From Chara braunii (lineage: Eukaryota; Plantae; Charophyceae): 56,751 bases of DNA. The position numbers and the translations under genes were made by a program. This document shows, piece by piece, positions 25,190-37,300 of the stretch. Position 1 is the first letter of the stretch; each line of letters opens with the position of its first letter. The stretch covers positions 2,335,344 through 2,392,094 of the forward strand of contig BFEA01000018.1 in the NCBI GenBank assembly GCA_003427395.1, in the 5' to 3' direction. The notes beneath the pieces were generated by a model. The model did not search any database, had not been told where the DNA came from, and was given only the letters and a program-made list of their open reading frames with translations.

Positions 25190-26090
25190 AGTCGAGCACA
25201 TCGGTCCTTCAAGGGGGACCCTCCCTGCGGCGTCAAACTACAAAGCAGAAGAAAAAGAGAATCTATCTTTTATCTCAACGCAAATCTACTTAATCCTTGT
25301 GTATGATTAAAAAAACCGTGCGTATACACAAAATATAAATATAACGAGGTCATAAAACATGAGGTGATCACTCTCACAATCACAGTGTGACTTCCTTTAA
25401 AATATATACATGACTGAAGAGAAAGTCATATTCGGACTTCGACTCACAAACACATATTTGCGATCACACAACAGATTCAATCATCGACATATCACACTCT
25501 ACACAAGGTCAACTTCAACCACTTTCTGCACTCACACCTCTTGCCCTATATGTCACCCCGGGTCACGACCGAGGGGTCCAATTGCCGCCGTGGCCACGTT
25601 TGTGGTCGTGGCCGCGGATGGTCGTGTTGAGCTCATCGGTGCCGCAGGGGGACCCTCCCGACCTCGTCATGCAAGATTTATGCAGAACTTTGTCGAGATG
25701 AAGTTTTTCACCGCTCCGACTGAGTGTGTCAGCCATACCTCTTGTAAACCCTTACGACAAAATAGGGTCACACAAGGTACAACTTGCCACCGCCTAAGGG
25801 GCTGTTACCAATCTTGAACGGGTGTATCCCCTCCGAGTTACCGAACCACGTGCAAAAGTTGCTCAGTTACAATCGCAGAGGTGACCTAACCGAGGACGTT
25901 TCTCGTATGTTGTAGTGTAGGGGGTATGCGCAGTCGTACGCCTCTATCGAATCCTCACGTGAACCGACATACAGGGGGGCTGAAGTCCCAAGGACGACTC
26001 TTCATCGGTCGACTAGGACGCATCCTTCTTAGCACGCATTACACCACGCCAAAACAAAGAATCAAGTTACTCACACAAAACATTCATAGT
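25190..26090 (-). mobile_element. Internally deleted LTR (25190-25536) plus partial LTR (25625-26090)
   Basis: Both LTR end motifs are present and match 17606-18641. Confidence 0.55.
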
Positions 26091-28085
26091 CCCTTTAAAA
26101 GTTGTAATTTTGTCTTGTAGGTAGTAGTGAGACCCACGCTTGAACTATGTTTCAGGTCCATAGTGGGGTGTTGTTGTCTAATCCTATGTGATAAAGTGAC
26201 TACACCACTATTGAATAGGGGGAAAGTGTTTGGGCCTTGTCAGACCATGACCTATGAAGGAAGCAGCTACTATATACCACAAAGAGGTAAGGGGTGAATC
26301 CCCAACTATTTTTGTGTCAAGTGGGTTCACCAACATATGACGGGACAACGCATCCCGAAGCGTGTACAATGAGGTTTTTTACTTTATCGGCAAGGGTTTG
26401 CAAGGAACAAGTGCTAGAATCGGAGGGAGAAACATTGAGGCTTGATCCTTCAGCGGGGCTCAGGGATTTGAGATGCTATCCATTCTAAAAATGGTTACAC
26501 CGCCCCTCGACACAATATACTTTTGTTGAAGTTGGGGAGTAAAGTGTGGTACTCTCACTATTATTATGTCTGAGAGTGTTCATTGTTGACAACCTCATAA
26601 TTGATCATGGCGTGTTTATCATATGATATACTTGTTGATATAAACCTATCATTATGAGGTATATATAAATATATTATGGTGAATTTAAATATGCGAATAA
26701 TCTTTATTCATTCATCTCTTTTGATTATTATTAATGTTGATTACTAAGGTAATATAGCGTTTTCCATGGGTTATTATTATTGTGAATTTTGATATCTGTA
26801 AAACATACTGCTACCGTGATATATTACCATTATTATTTTCTCTAAGTTGGGTGGTCGTAAACGCTGAAAATGATAAATTTTAGTAAAAGATAACTTGAAG
26901 CGAAGACTTCAAAAATATAGATTGTAAAAGGAGATTGTCAGTATAGTAACGGAAGACGTATGCTGTACGTTTTTCTGTGATGAGCAGAAACCAGACAGAG
27001 TGAAGGCAACTCAGGATGCCTTATGCTAAGAAAAATTCCAATGTTGTCTTGCTAGTTAAAAGAGAAGATGAACTTGAGATATCTTTGTCGAGGTGAGTCA
27101 AGGAAGGATAATCTATCTTTTTTTTGGCATATTGAAAGATAGAGGTATCTTCGTCTAGATCGAGTCCGGATTTGATGATGATCGGATTGTGTGATCGTGA
27201 GGGTAACCCTATACGCATCTTTCTCATTCTGGGTCAAGCATGGGGTCGAGTTTGCACTTGGGCATAAAAGTCTACTCTCGAGACTTTTAAGGATAGTTGA
27301 GGGAACTGCTGCGAAATGAGCAAGAAGAGGGGTCCATTAAGGAGAAGAGCACGTGGTGACCCATATAGAGGTCAAGCGTGCCGAAGAGTTCATGCTTCAT
27401 TCAACCCTGTTACGAGTCGTCCTGCCCGAATTCCTCGTAGAGAAGTATTTTGGAGGACAAACGAGGATAGAGACCGCAACTGATATGAGGGCGCAAGAAT
27501 GAGGGCGTCGACTTTACACGTACGAAATGATATATGGCCTGTACCTAGACCTAAGGTTTTTACCCCATAGTCAATGGCTCAGGAATATTGTCAATGTAGT
27601 TGACGCTTATGCCAACTCCCATGATCCGAATGAGAGAGTTGACGATTGAGATGAGGTTTGGGCAGTTGCGTGCTGATAAAGGATGCTCCCATATCCTCGT
27701 ACCAACTTACTACCTAGTGTGAGTACGATGACCAATGACAGTTGTAGCAGCTTCTATTGTCTGCCTACAGTTGGTTTTTAAAGTTCTGCCTATACAGGTT
27801 GTGTATTGATCGTGGTACCCTAAAGGCTAAAGCAAGTGTAACTCAAGTTTAAAGTATTATTGTATAAACGAGAGGAGAGAGCTAGTGTGATTTGAGTGTT
27901 AACAATATTATTTTGCCTTTATCTGTTTTAAGTTTTTCTTGGGCTACAACATATTGATCCTTTGTTTGTCATGTGTGTTAGGTTGGCATTGACATCATGA
28001 CTGAAGTAAGTGGTTTCACTAAAATCCTGCTTGGAGGAGTTTGTGCCTCACTAAAGTGTTGTTGCGCGAGTCGGTACACGACTCG

Positions 28086-28560
28086 ATGACCCCAGACTTT
28101 CAAGCCCTGCTGTTTCAAGGAAGAAACTTGTCTAACTTTTTGCAAGACTATCATGACTTTAGTCTCGCGAGGAAGTGGGACGAGAAAACAATGTGGAACA
28201 TGTTGCCATTGTTCGTGTGTGAGGAGTTAAACGAAGAGTTATATACCCTCATGTTGAAATCGTGAACTTGAACCTGCGGTGAGCTGAAAAACTCTTTGAG
28301 ATTAACATTTTTAGAAGATGGAATAGAGGGTCAACGCTGTGGAAACCCTGTGCAACTAGTTAGGATTGTGTTAACGGGAGGAGAGTTAAGTGACCTACAA
28401 CGGTAAGTGGGGATATTGAAAGAAAGGTTGATGCAACTGGAGGAGACTAGAAAAGGCAAGCGAAAGGTTTCGGAAGGTACGCCAAGCGAGTCGGCTGGTC
28501 AGGGTGGAGGAGAGGCATGGGATGGTGATCGAGAGTCACTCCTCCTCATGAGAGCTCCGA
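28086..28560 (+). pseudogene. Retrotransposon gag-like remnant
   Basis: LFQGRNLSNFLQDY...W...LPLFV resembles the F-x-G-x-N-x-x-x-FL start of Ty3/Gypsy gag. In-frame stops follow. A G-tract plus TGTTG (PPT/LTR-like junction) lies near 28886-28896. Confidence 0.5.
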
Positions 28561-29038
28561 GAAGGCGGACTAGTGTTCAGAGGAGAGATAAATGCAATAA
28601 GGTAGTTGAGGAAAAATATGCGCATGACTTTGGTATCGCCCTACCTACCACTGCATCTGATATAAAAAGAGGATGTGATGATAAGGAAGCATTGTCAACT
28701 GCAAGTTGGAAGAGACGAAAAAGTAGGAATTGCGAGAGCGATGGGCAAAAATAGTATGTGATTGTTGTGGGAAGGTTGGTCATACCCCTCGGGGATGCGA
28801 TTCTGACAAGGGATAGGACTAAAGAAAGTACAACAACATGAGAATGTGATTGACCCTAACCCCAAGGGTAGGAAGCTTCAACTTGTGGGGGTGTTGTGAA
28901 TCACTTGAAGGTTGTGTTTAGAAAATTCAGATGTAGATATGCGAGGATATAGAGGTTGCGATGACAGGTTGACTGATTGTATGACCCCGACCTCATGTTT
29001 AGTTGGTAAGGCCTCAACTGTATATTGTGTGAGTTATA

Positions 29039-29074
<36 letters not shown>

Positions 29075-31162
29075 TAGTGTGTTGTATGTATATATTGAAT
29101 CATAAGAGGCTTCAGGTTAGACTCGATAAGCGTTTCGCAGACTCTTATATCTACCCAATGGTAGAATGGCTAAAAATGTAAATAAGGTACGAGCGTGAAT
29201 CTCCAGCGTGTGTGGGTCACTGAGGGTAAAATTTTATTGAGGGTATGGCTTAAGGTGTAGGCTTGAGTGTATTGAGAGATTACGTTGATAGTGTGATCTG
29301 GTCAGGCGCACTAGTCTAAGTTTGATTGTAGTACTTGTTTGACTCCTTTTTAAACATGTACATTTCTTTGCGAATATCACCCTGATATTTGACATGAGGT
29401 GATTGTATTTGAGGGTTGTGTTTTTTGTTAGCCATACTACTCCAAGAAAAGGGGGGTATGCCCGCCTCTATGTCTGTATATAAAAACACATTAAATTTGA
29501 TGGACCTTTAGTTTACATTTTCATGATCTTATTATCTCGAGGGTTAGTGTGGTATATTCTCTTCTCGTGAGTGTTGCAGGGATATGAGAAGGGAATATGC
29601 ACAACATTTTGACTCGAGACCGTCTTGAACTTTTGATCGATTGAGGTATGGTGTGCCTTGTTTTACTTCTGGTATACGTTTTGAGTTTACTTGATTTCCT
29701 TCCAGTCGAGGGTTAGAATTGCGCATCGATTGAAACTATTTTTGTTTGGTTTTGGTAATTGAGATCATGACATGGGCGTGACACCGTGAGATATGATAAC
29801 TACCTGATGCCATTATGAGTTGAGATTGTTTAACTCTAAGTATATATATATATATATAACTCAAGACTACGGTTGTTCACTTTTGAGTGAGATACCCCAC
29901 CTCTAAGTGTATATTGAGTTTGAGATTCTTGAGATTATCCTTTTGTGTACGACGATCACAATCACTCTCACATGTGTGAATTTATCATGATGTATGAAGG
30001 CTTTGTGTGAGAGATGTACATGATGCATCTCATATGTTCTGTGAATGTGACATGTGTAAACTGTCTGCTCTTCGGTATACTCGTGCGGTCTACTTACGGG
30101 CAGACGATGAGGCAGAGTATAAGGAGGGGAAGTGCAGACTGGTCCGTCTGGTGAAAAAGTGTGAAAATCCTAAAGGATTTACGAGTTTTTGAGACTCGAA
30201 TGCTTTACCATGCCGAACGTTTATTTTAGAGTTATGATAAAGACCTACAAGTTGGTCTCTTAGTAGTGAGTGGTTTTATGGTTGACACCCCTTCAAGTGG
30301 GAAAGCGGTTATTGTTCATTTGGACTCGTCTTCATGTGAAAAATGTTTTAAAGATCATATGACGGTTCATCCTTAAGTACGAGGATGACTGCATGACCTA
30401 ATGGTTGAAACCCCTTCAAATGGAAGGTGACTAAAAACTTTCATGGCATGAAAAATAGTTTTGAATGATAAAGTCTGACGAGAAGGGCCAAGAAAACTGG
30501 TCTATTGGACTACTGGTGAAATTTTGGGATGTCGCAAAAATAGTGCATTTGGAGAGATGTCTCTAAGATGTGTGGTCTACTTGCTCTGATCAAGTTGGGA
30601 GGCCACAACCTTGTGAGTCTGACGGTCAATTTTGTGATTTTGGAAAGGATGCCGCACTCTGTATGTTGTCCCATAGGGAACTGATAAATGTCTTTTTGAG
30701 TGTGTCAGGCCTCTGCGTAGTCCCAGAGTAGGCCTGAGTTTACTGCGACATACTGTCCAACCACTTGTTGATAATCTTAAGGCATATATGAAAGACCCAA
30801 CTAGGGGTTAAACTAACATTACTCAAGTGCAATCCTCAATGTTGGTTGCTGACCGATGTAGCTTGTCAGCGGTTCCACGTCTTACCAAAGGGGTGAAGGC
30901 TTAGGAGGTGTGACCACCTTAGAGAGTTTTTGCTCCTGCGAGATGTCGGAGGGATAAGCGTTGAGTCTATTGTTTTTTTTTTTAGATTCCTGATTGAATG
31001 TTTATCAAGAGAAAGCCTATCGTTGCGTAACCAGCGAGGGAACTGCCGCTAAAATAACAACGAGGTGGGTCGTAGATATGGCTCGATCAACCAGACTATG
31101 GTGGGCCAAAATAGAGACCTGATATTCATGTACTAGACTGCAGAGAGAGTCTGAGATAAGAG

Positions 31163-31208
<46 letters not shown>

Positions 31209-32110
31209 TTGGTTGTGATTATTTTGAGAGGGAGGCGATAGTGCCTTCAGAAGGTCTCGCTTAGGGTCCGTGCAAGAGCGTGATTAGATGAGACAACCAA
31301 CGAGAAACCAACGTTGTCCAGGACGAAGGGGAGAGGATTATTGAGAGGGTTGCTATAACTTATGTTGTAGTATGTATGCCTAGTATACCGGCGTCCTAAT
31401 GGCAGGGCAATAGAAACCCAGTTTGAAATCCTGATAGCATATAGTTGTGTTTGACATTTATTGATGGAGTCATCGAACCGGAGCTTGTCGGCTAATTGAA
31501 TTGGTTCCTTTCTCGTTAATATTTTGAGTTGTGGATGAACTGATAGTTTTTTTATCATTTGGAGCAGCGGAGACGTTGCTTAATATGGCCTGGTAAGATG
31601 TCGGTGCGAATACCCTTACAAGGGTATCCGCCCTGGTTTTTGCAAGTGTCAAAAAAAGAGTTTGGTTTAAAGTCTGAGTACACCGCACGAGTCACGCATG
31701 TGTCTGTTGTTTACTCTGACTAAGTGGTTGACTAAAAATAGAGCGAGTGTGGGTGCGCAGACTTAAGGCGCGCGTGATCCCCCTTCTTGTTGATGATTGT
31801 GGGACCGGTGTCGTTGTCGACCAAGTTTTTTATTCTGATTAAACTAAGGATTTAATAATATTTTATTTTGATGGTACGCTTGACCGTGACATGTGCGTAC
31901 GTGGGGAGGGCGACGTCGACGACGACACGATTTTGTGTAATGAGCAGAGTGAACGAAAGAGTAAAAGTGGGAAGACAAGCGCCACGCCGTAGGCGTAGGG
32001 CTTGATGGCCGTGGGGTTATAGGCCGAGGTGTGGCTTTGTAGGGTTTCAGTAAACCTGCGCACGACGTGGGACCCGCTTGTATAGGTGTTCGTCAATGTT
32101 AAGTTTAGCC

Positions 32111-32256
32111 TTAGAGCTAGCACTATTGGTTACAGTATCGAACTTTCAACAGGGAGGTTCAGGGATCGAAACCAGCAGGCAATGATACAGGAGTATTGGA
32201 GCGGTGTGAAGAGGCCGAGGGGTTGAGGGCCCGGTGGGGCTATCCCCCTTGGTTTT
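32111..32256 (+). ncRNA. tRNA-Glu/Gln-like Pol III unit, copy 2
   Basis: tagcactattggttacagtatcgaactttcaacagggaggttcagggatcgaaacc ... ccgagggg...ccccttggtttt. Confidence 0.55.
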
Positions 32257-32389
32257 GCTGCCAGGGTACTAGCAGCCTCGCCGTCATTTTTTTGCGTTAT
32301 CTTTTCCTAAACATACTTCATCATTTGTCGTCGTTATTATTATGTTTTTTATGTTTCGGCCTCTTTGAATCGGACGTAACGCCAGATTT

Positions 32390-32790
32390 AGGGGCCGTCA
32401 CGGTAGTCGAGGACCTTGGGCACATGCTTCTTTTGGTGGGCCCGTTTGGGTTCCTGCGTGTTCGGAAAGGTGGCAAAATTCCTCTATCCTGTCCGTCTTG
32501 AAACACGGAGTGGAGAGGTCAATGTGTAGGAGAGTGGATGAGGTCCATGGACATGGCTTCCCTTGCTTTCCATTTGGAGAGCGTCGAGAGTCTAAAATGG
32601 AAGGGAATTGGAGAACATTCTAAGTGGGTCCGTGGGGCTGCAGCAACAAGGATGGCAGGGGTTGCTGCGGGTGCACCGTCCACTAGCCACGATCTGTTGT
32701 GAGAGGCTCGAGAGTGAGCATGACATTGGGCCTCGAAAGGTGGTGAACTATACTTGGGCAGAAGGCGCCAGTGGGAGGCCGCCGCAGGGG
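32390..32790 (+). pseudogene. Degenerate 28S rRNA fragment (end of D2 to D3)
   Basis: ccgtcttgaaacacgga; gcgggtgcaccg; gagtgagcatg...cgaaaggtggtgaactat. Confidence 0.85.
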
Positions 32791-32949
32791 TAGCCGGGCG
32801 GCCCAAGCTACCCCGCGGCTGTTCCCATGGAACCCTTCTCCGCTTAGGTCTTCAAAGTTCTCATTAGAGTTTTTGCTATATCGGGACCCGCTTCACTCGG
32901 GGCCATGCTATAAGCTTGCAGCAGGCCCAACCCCTCGACTATGTGACCA

Positions 32950-33145
32950 CACTGTGTGCGAGGACTTGCCTTTGGGGACCTGAAAAGGGGGAGAGCTCTG
33001 CTCGAACAAGACGACCAGAAAAACGCTAGTGGAGTCCCGCAGAAATACAATTGTGCAAATCGTTCGGATCTAGGGGCGAAAGGCTAAACGAGCCGACGAG
33101 TAGCTGATTTTTCCCAACGGCCTTTCCTCAAAGTTAGTTGGACTA
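32950..33145 (+). pseudogene. Second, partly redundant 28S rRNA fragment
   Basis: gtgcaaatcgttcg...taggggcgaaaggctaaacgagcc...agtagctg...tttcctca matches the conserved LSU core. Confidence 0.8.
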
Positions 33146-33499
33146 GAGATGTTAAACCACCAGTACTGGTGGTTTATGCAAAGTTTTACCGGATGGCGCC
33201 TGGTCGAGCAGCTTGCTGCTTCTCTCTGAAGGGCGCCGATCAGGGGAGTTGAAGCTATGCAACCCGGATTAAGGAGTGCAACCTCCACTTCGTCGTCAAG
33301 CTGGTCGTCACCGCCATGACGACGGTCGTTGTTCCCCTGTGGCTAGGTGAGCTAGTGCTGAGCCGGTGGGATTGAGTGAGCCTGGCCGGGAAGATGGCCA
33401 AGTGCTACCCATACGTACACGACGATTGTACGGTGTCCTCCGTCCGGACGGGCCGTACGCCTAAACCTTGCCGTTCGTACGGGCAGGGCCTCGACTGGG

Positions 33500-33589
<90 letters not shown>

Positions 33590-33668
33590 NNNNNNNNNNN
33601 NNNNNNNNNNNNNNNNNNNNNNNNNNNNNNNNNNNNNNNNNNNNNNNNNNNNNNNNNNNNNNNNNNNN

Positions 33669-33746
<78 letters not shown>

Positions 33747-34083
33747 GGACGCCAACAGCAACGACGAAGACGACGGCGATCCGCAAAAAGACGGCGTCGA
33801 CTGCGCGGCGAACACGTGGCGTCCTGCGGAGGGGCGACGATCACCTGTAAGTACAGGACGCCCGCGTACGCACAGCGTGTTCGGACGGACGGGTCCATAC
33901 GTACGGCCCGTCCGCTTAAACCGTCAGTAAGGGGCACGGACAGTTTCCGGGACGATTTGGGGGGGGGGGTTGGAACGGTGCCGGTGGAGGAGGAGGTCGT
34001 GGCAGCGGGGGTGTGGCGGGGCACGGCCACAGACACTGCTGAGGGCCGCTATTGTTTTTTTCGGACTCTGTGTTTTGTCTCCA

Positions 34084-37000
34084 ATGAGGCCTAGGAAAGG
34101 GAGGGGAGACCAACAATTTGTCCCTGTAAGTAAGGACAAACAGAGGGCGGTGGAGCTGAAGTTCTGCGGGTTTAAATGGATCACGAAATGAGAATTTCCT
34201 CATGGAGTGCAAATTGTGTGGACATGGGTTTCAGGGCAGTCAAACGAAGGCGGCTTCGCACTTCACGATAAATAACAATTGCCCCAAAGTGTCTGTGGAG
34301 CAGCTGTCGGAGATTTGGAACAAGACGAACTATAAGTTCGATCAGAGCCATTGCCGGAAGATCCTCGGCTTCCTGAAGTCTCGGGGGTATCGAGACAACA
34401 GATGTACTTCGGGGAGGGAGCAGGCGGGGGAGGAGGACGAGGACAACGAGGACGAGAGGAGGGCGGCCGAGGGTCGAGAGGATGATGGTGACATCGACAT
34501 GCCGACCATGGACGTGCGGAGAGAGGTGGAGCGTGCGAAGGGTAAGATGAGGAGGGAGAAGGCCGTCGACGAGGACAGCACTCCGGGCGAGGAGGAGGAG
34601 GAGGAGGACGACGACGATCAGGAAGCGGACATTGGAGCCTCTCTTGATGAGGGGGCTGATGGCTGGTGGCCGTCGAGGCCAAGAGGGGGCAGCCAGAGCG
34701 ATGATGGAGGCAAGGGGATCGAAGAAGCGAAAGAGGAAGGCAAAAGAGACTGCCACGACGACTCCAGCAGCACCTCCTTTGCCGAAGAAGAGCAAAGTCC
34801 TTCAACAGACTTGCATGGTCGAGGCCTTCAATCCTGTCTGGCAATGAGATTTTTCCAACTACTTTCTGCAATGGTACTACGTCAGTGGCATTCCATTCGA
34901 GGCGTCGAGGAGGTCAGAGTACAACAGGATGAGGAAGCACTTGCTTGAGTGTCCGTTGTATAGACATCCTGCGTTGCCCACACACGGTGTCATTTCGGGC
35001 GACGACATCCTTGAGCAGCAGCTAGTTGTGGCGGACTTGGTGGCGGTCGTCCGCAAGGACATTGCGGCGACAGGAGCGACTATCCTTATGGATGGTCGCA
35101 AGTCCATCACGAGTGACCAGATAGTGAACTTCCTTGCTGCTGGACCCACGGGAGCCTACCTCTTCAGGACTGTGCGGCGGGACGATGTTGTTCAGGAAAC
35201 AGCGGAGGCCGTGGTGGAGCGATGGCAGGACGTGTTCGACAAGTTCGACGTCAAAAATGTCAACACCATTTGCACTGACTCCGCGTCGGCGTATGTGGCT
35301 GCTTCCAAGCTGCTCACGAAGGAGGAGGTCAAGTATAGCTGCATCACTTGGCTTCCTTGTGCAGTCCATGTCTGCAACTTGTTGTTGTCAGACATCGCGA
35401 AGGACGGCAGCAACGGGAAGATTGGAAAGAGGGAGGACACCATCATCACGGCTCGAGTGGTTGTGCCTTTCATTAGAGAGCACGGGGCGGCTCTCAGCCT
35501 TTATCGCCGGTACTCTGCCGCCCACCCGTCTTCCGCCTCCGCAGTTGCGACCAGTTCCAGCGCTGCACCACCGCAGGCTTAGCGACGCCGCAGAGAGCTT
35601 GTATACCCTGCGTAGACGAGGTTCGCCACACACTATTTGATGTTGGAGAGGTTGTTGGATCGTCATAGAGCGCTGGAGGCGTTGATGATGAGCGATGATT
35701 GGTTGCGGACTGCATGGAGGAGGTCCATTTTCTTGCAGGCCAGGTGGGTGCGTCATCAGGTGTGTTACGCGCCATTTTGGGAACACGTGGAGAACATCGT
35801 GGAGCTGATGGTGCCTGTGATGCAGTTGCTACGCCGTTTGGACAGAGGGGGGCGCGTGATGACTCGCATGTGGTCGTGGGCGCTTGCCATGGTTGACATG
35901 GTGGCGAGAGCGAGGCTTAACAAGATGTCGAAGGACGAGCTGCACATCATCATCCAAGCTTGTCAGGCGCGGGTGGATCATATGTTGGAGCCGACACATT
36001 GCATTGCCCACCTCCTCAACCCGCGCCACAGGAGCATCACATTTTTTTAAGCGGCGAGGCGCAGCGAGCACGACAAGACACTGGCTGAGAAGTCACTGCG
36101 ATACCTTCGCCAGCAGACTGGGGATGACGAGGACTTGTACCAGACGTTGTGCATGCAACTGGCAGATACTCGGGAGGGCGATTGGACGTACACAGCGGTT
36201 GAGGGTGACAAGGACGTGGCCTCCTGCAGAGGGGAGAAGGAGACGTCGCAGGTCGGGCAGTGGTGGGTGCAGCACGGGGACGGGGTCCCTCTCGTTCAGA
36301 GTTACGCCATTCGCCTGACGCATACATGGAAGTGTGCCTCTCCAGCGGAGAGGAACTGGGCCGTCCATAAGCGTGTTCATGTGAAGAAGCGTAACAAGCT
36401 TGGTTTCATCAAGCTTACTCGTCTGGTGGAGATATCCACCAACTTGAGATTGAGTCGTTGCCAGGGGAGGCGTTCAGGGTATGTTCTGCCAAGGGAGGAT
36501 GCTGAGGAGGAGACAAAGGACGCTATTCCTCCGCCTTGTGATGAGGGTGTTCGGCCAGCCGACCGAGTCACCAAGGCGCAGCGTGAGAGGCAGGTGCAAC
36601 GCGGGCAGAGGGATCGCCTTTCGAAGGCACCGCCCAGCGTGGAGACGTATTTCGGTCGTCGCGCCACGGTGCTCATGCCGACAGAGTTGGACTCGGTCTA
36701 CGATCCCGAGCCTGATCCTATGGCTCAGGACCCGATTGAGGCGGAGCTGTGGTCCGATCCAGACGACTTGGCGGTGGAGTTAGAGGCAGGAGATTCTGAT
36801 GAGGGTCGCGACGACGCTCCTCTCGCCGAGATGATGCGCCCTCGGACACGTGGTTTCACTGCAGGCCCTGCGCCGCCTTCCCCTCCACCTCGAACTTTGA
36901 GTGCTCCTGACGTTCCACTTCGAGGCCTTGAGGACTGGGTTGGGGGCACGGTTCCGCAGCCTTCGACAGATTGTCGTGGACATGACGAGCAGGGCGGTCG

Positions 37001-37300
37001 GGGAGATGTTGAGGAGAGAGACGACGACAACGACCGCGAGGAGAGGGGGTACGAGGGCAACATTGAGGACGATGATGATCCCGCCTATTCCCCGACACAC
37101 CGGCGTGGTGACGAGGACGACGAGGGCCGCGATGGGACACAACCTGTGGGTGGTTTACGGAGGTCCGAGAGACATCTTGGTGACCGATGCAGTGATGCAG
37201 GCAGGGGAGGCAGCGGGTCGGGTGTTGGGGGTGCGGGGCACACAGCTGGTGCAGGCCGTGCTGCCGGAGGACGGGCGAGGCGAGAGTCTGCATCGTCCAC
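34084..37300 (+). pseudogene. hAT-superfamily transposase pseudogene (BED-like zinc finger, DUF659/RNase H-like core, hAT C-terminal dimerisation domain)
   Basis: Motifs CKLC...SHF...C, ILMDGRKS, ICTDSAS, WLPCAVHVCNL, TRFAT and WWVQHG...SPAERNWAVH...RNKL. From 34632 onward it is one frame broken by four point stops; frameshifts near 34195 and 34640. Confidence 0.9.

Noticed and set aside
26592-26660. Pre-miRNA-like hairpin (acctcataa...ttatgaggt)
   Set aside because: AT-rich, imperfect and single; plausible by chance inside repeat DNA.
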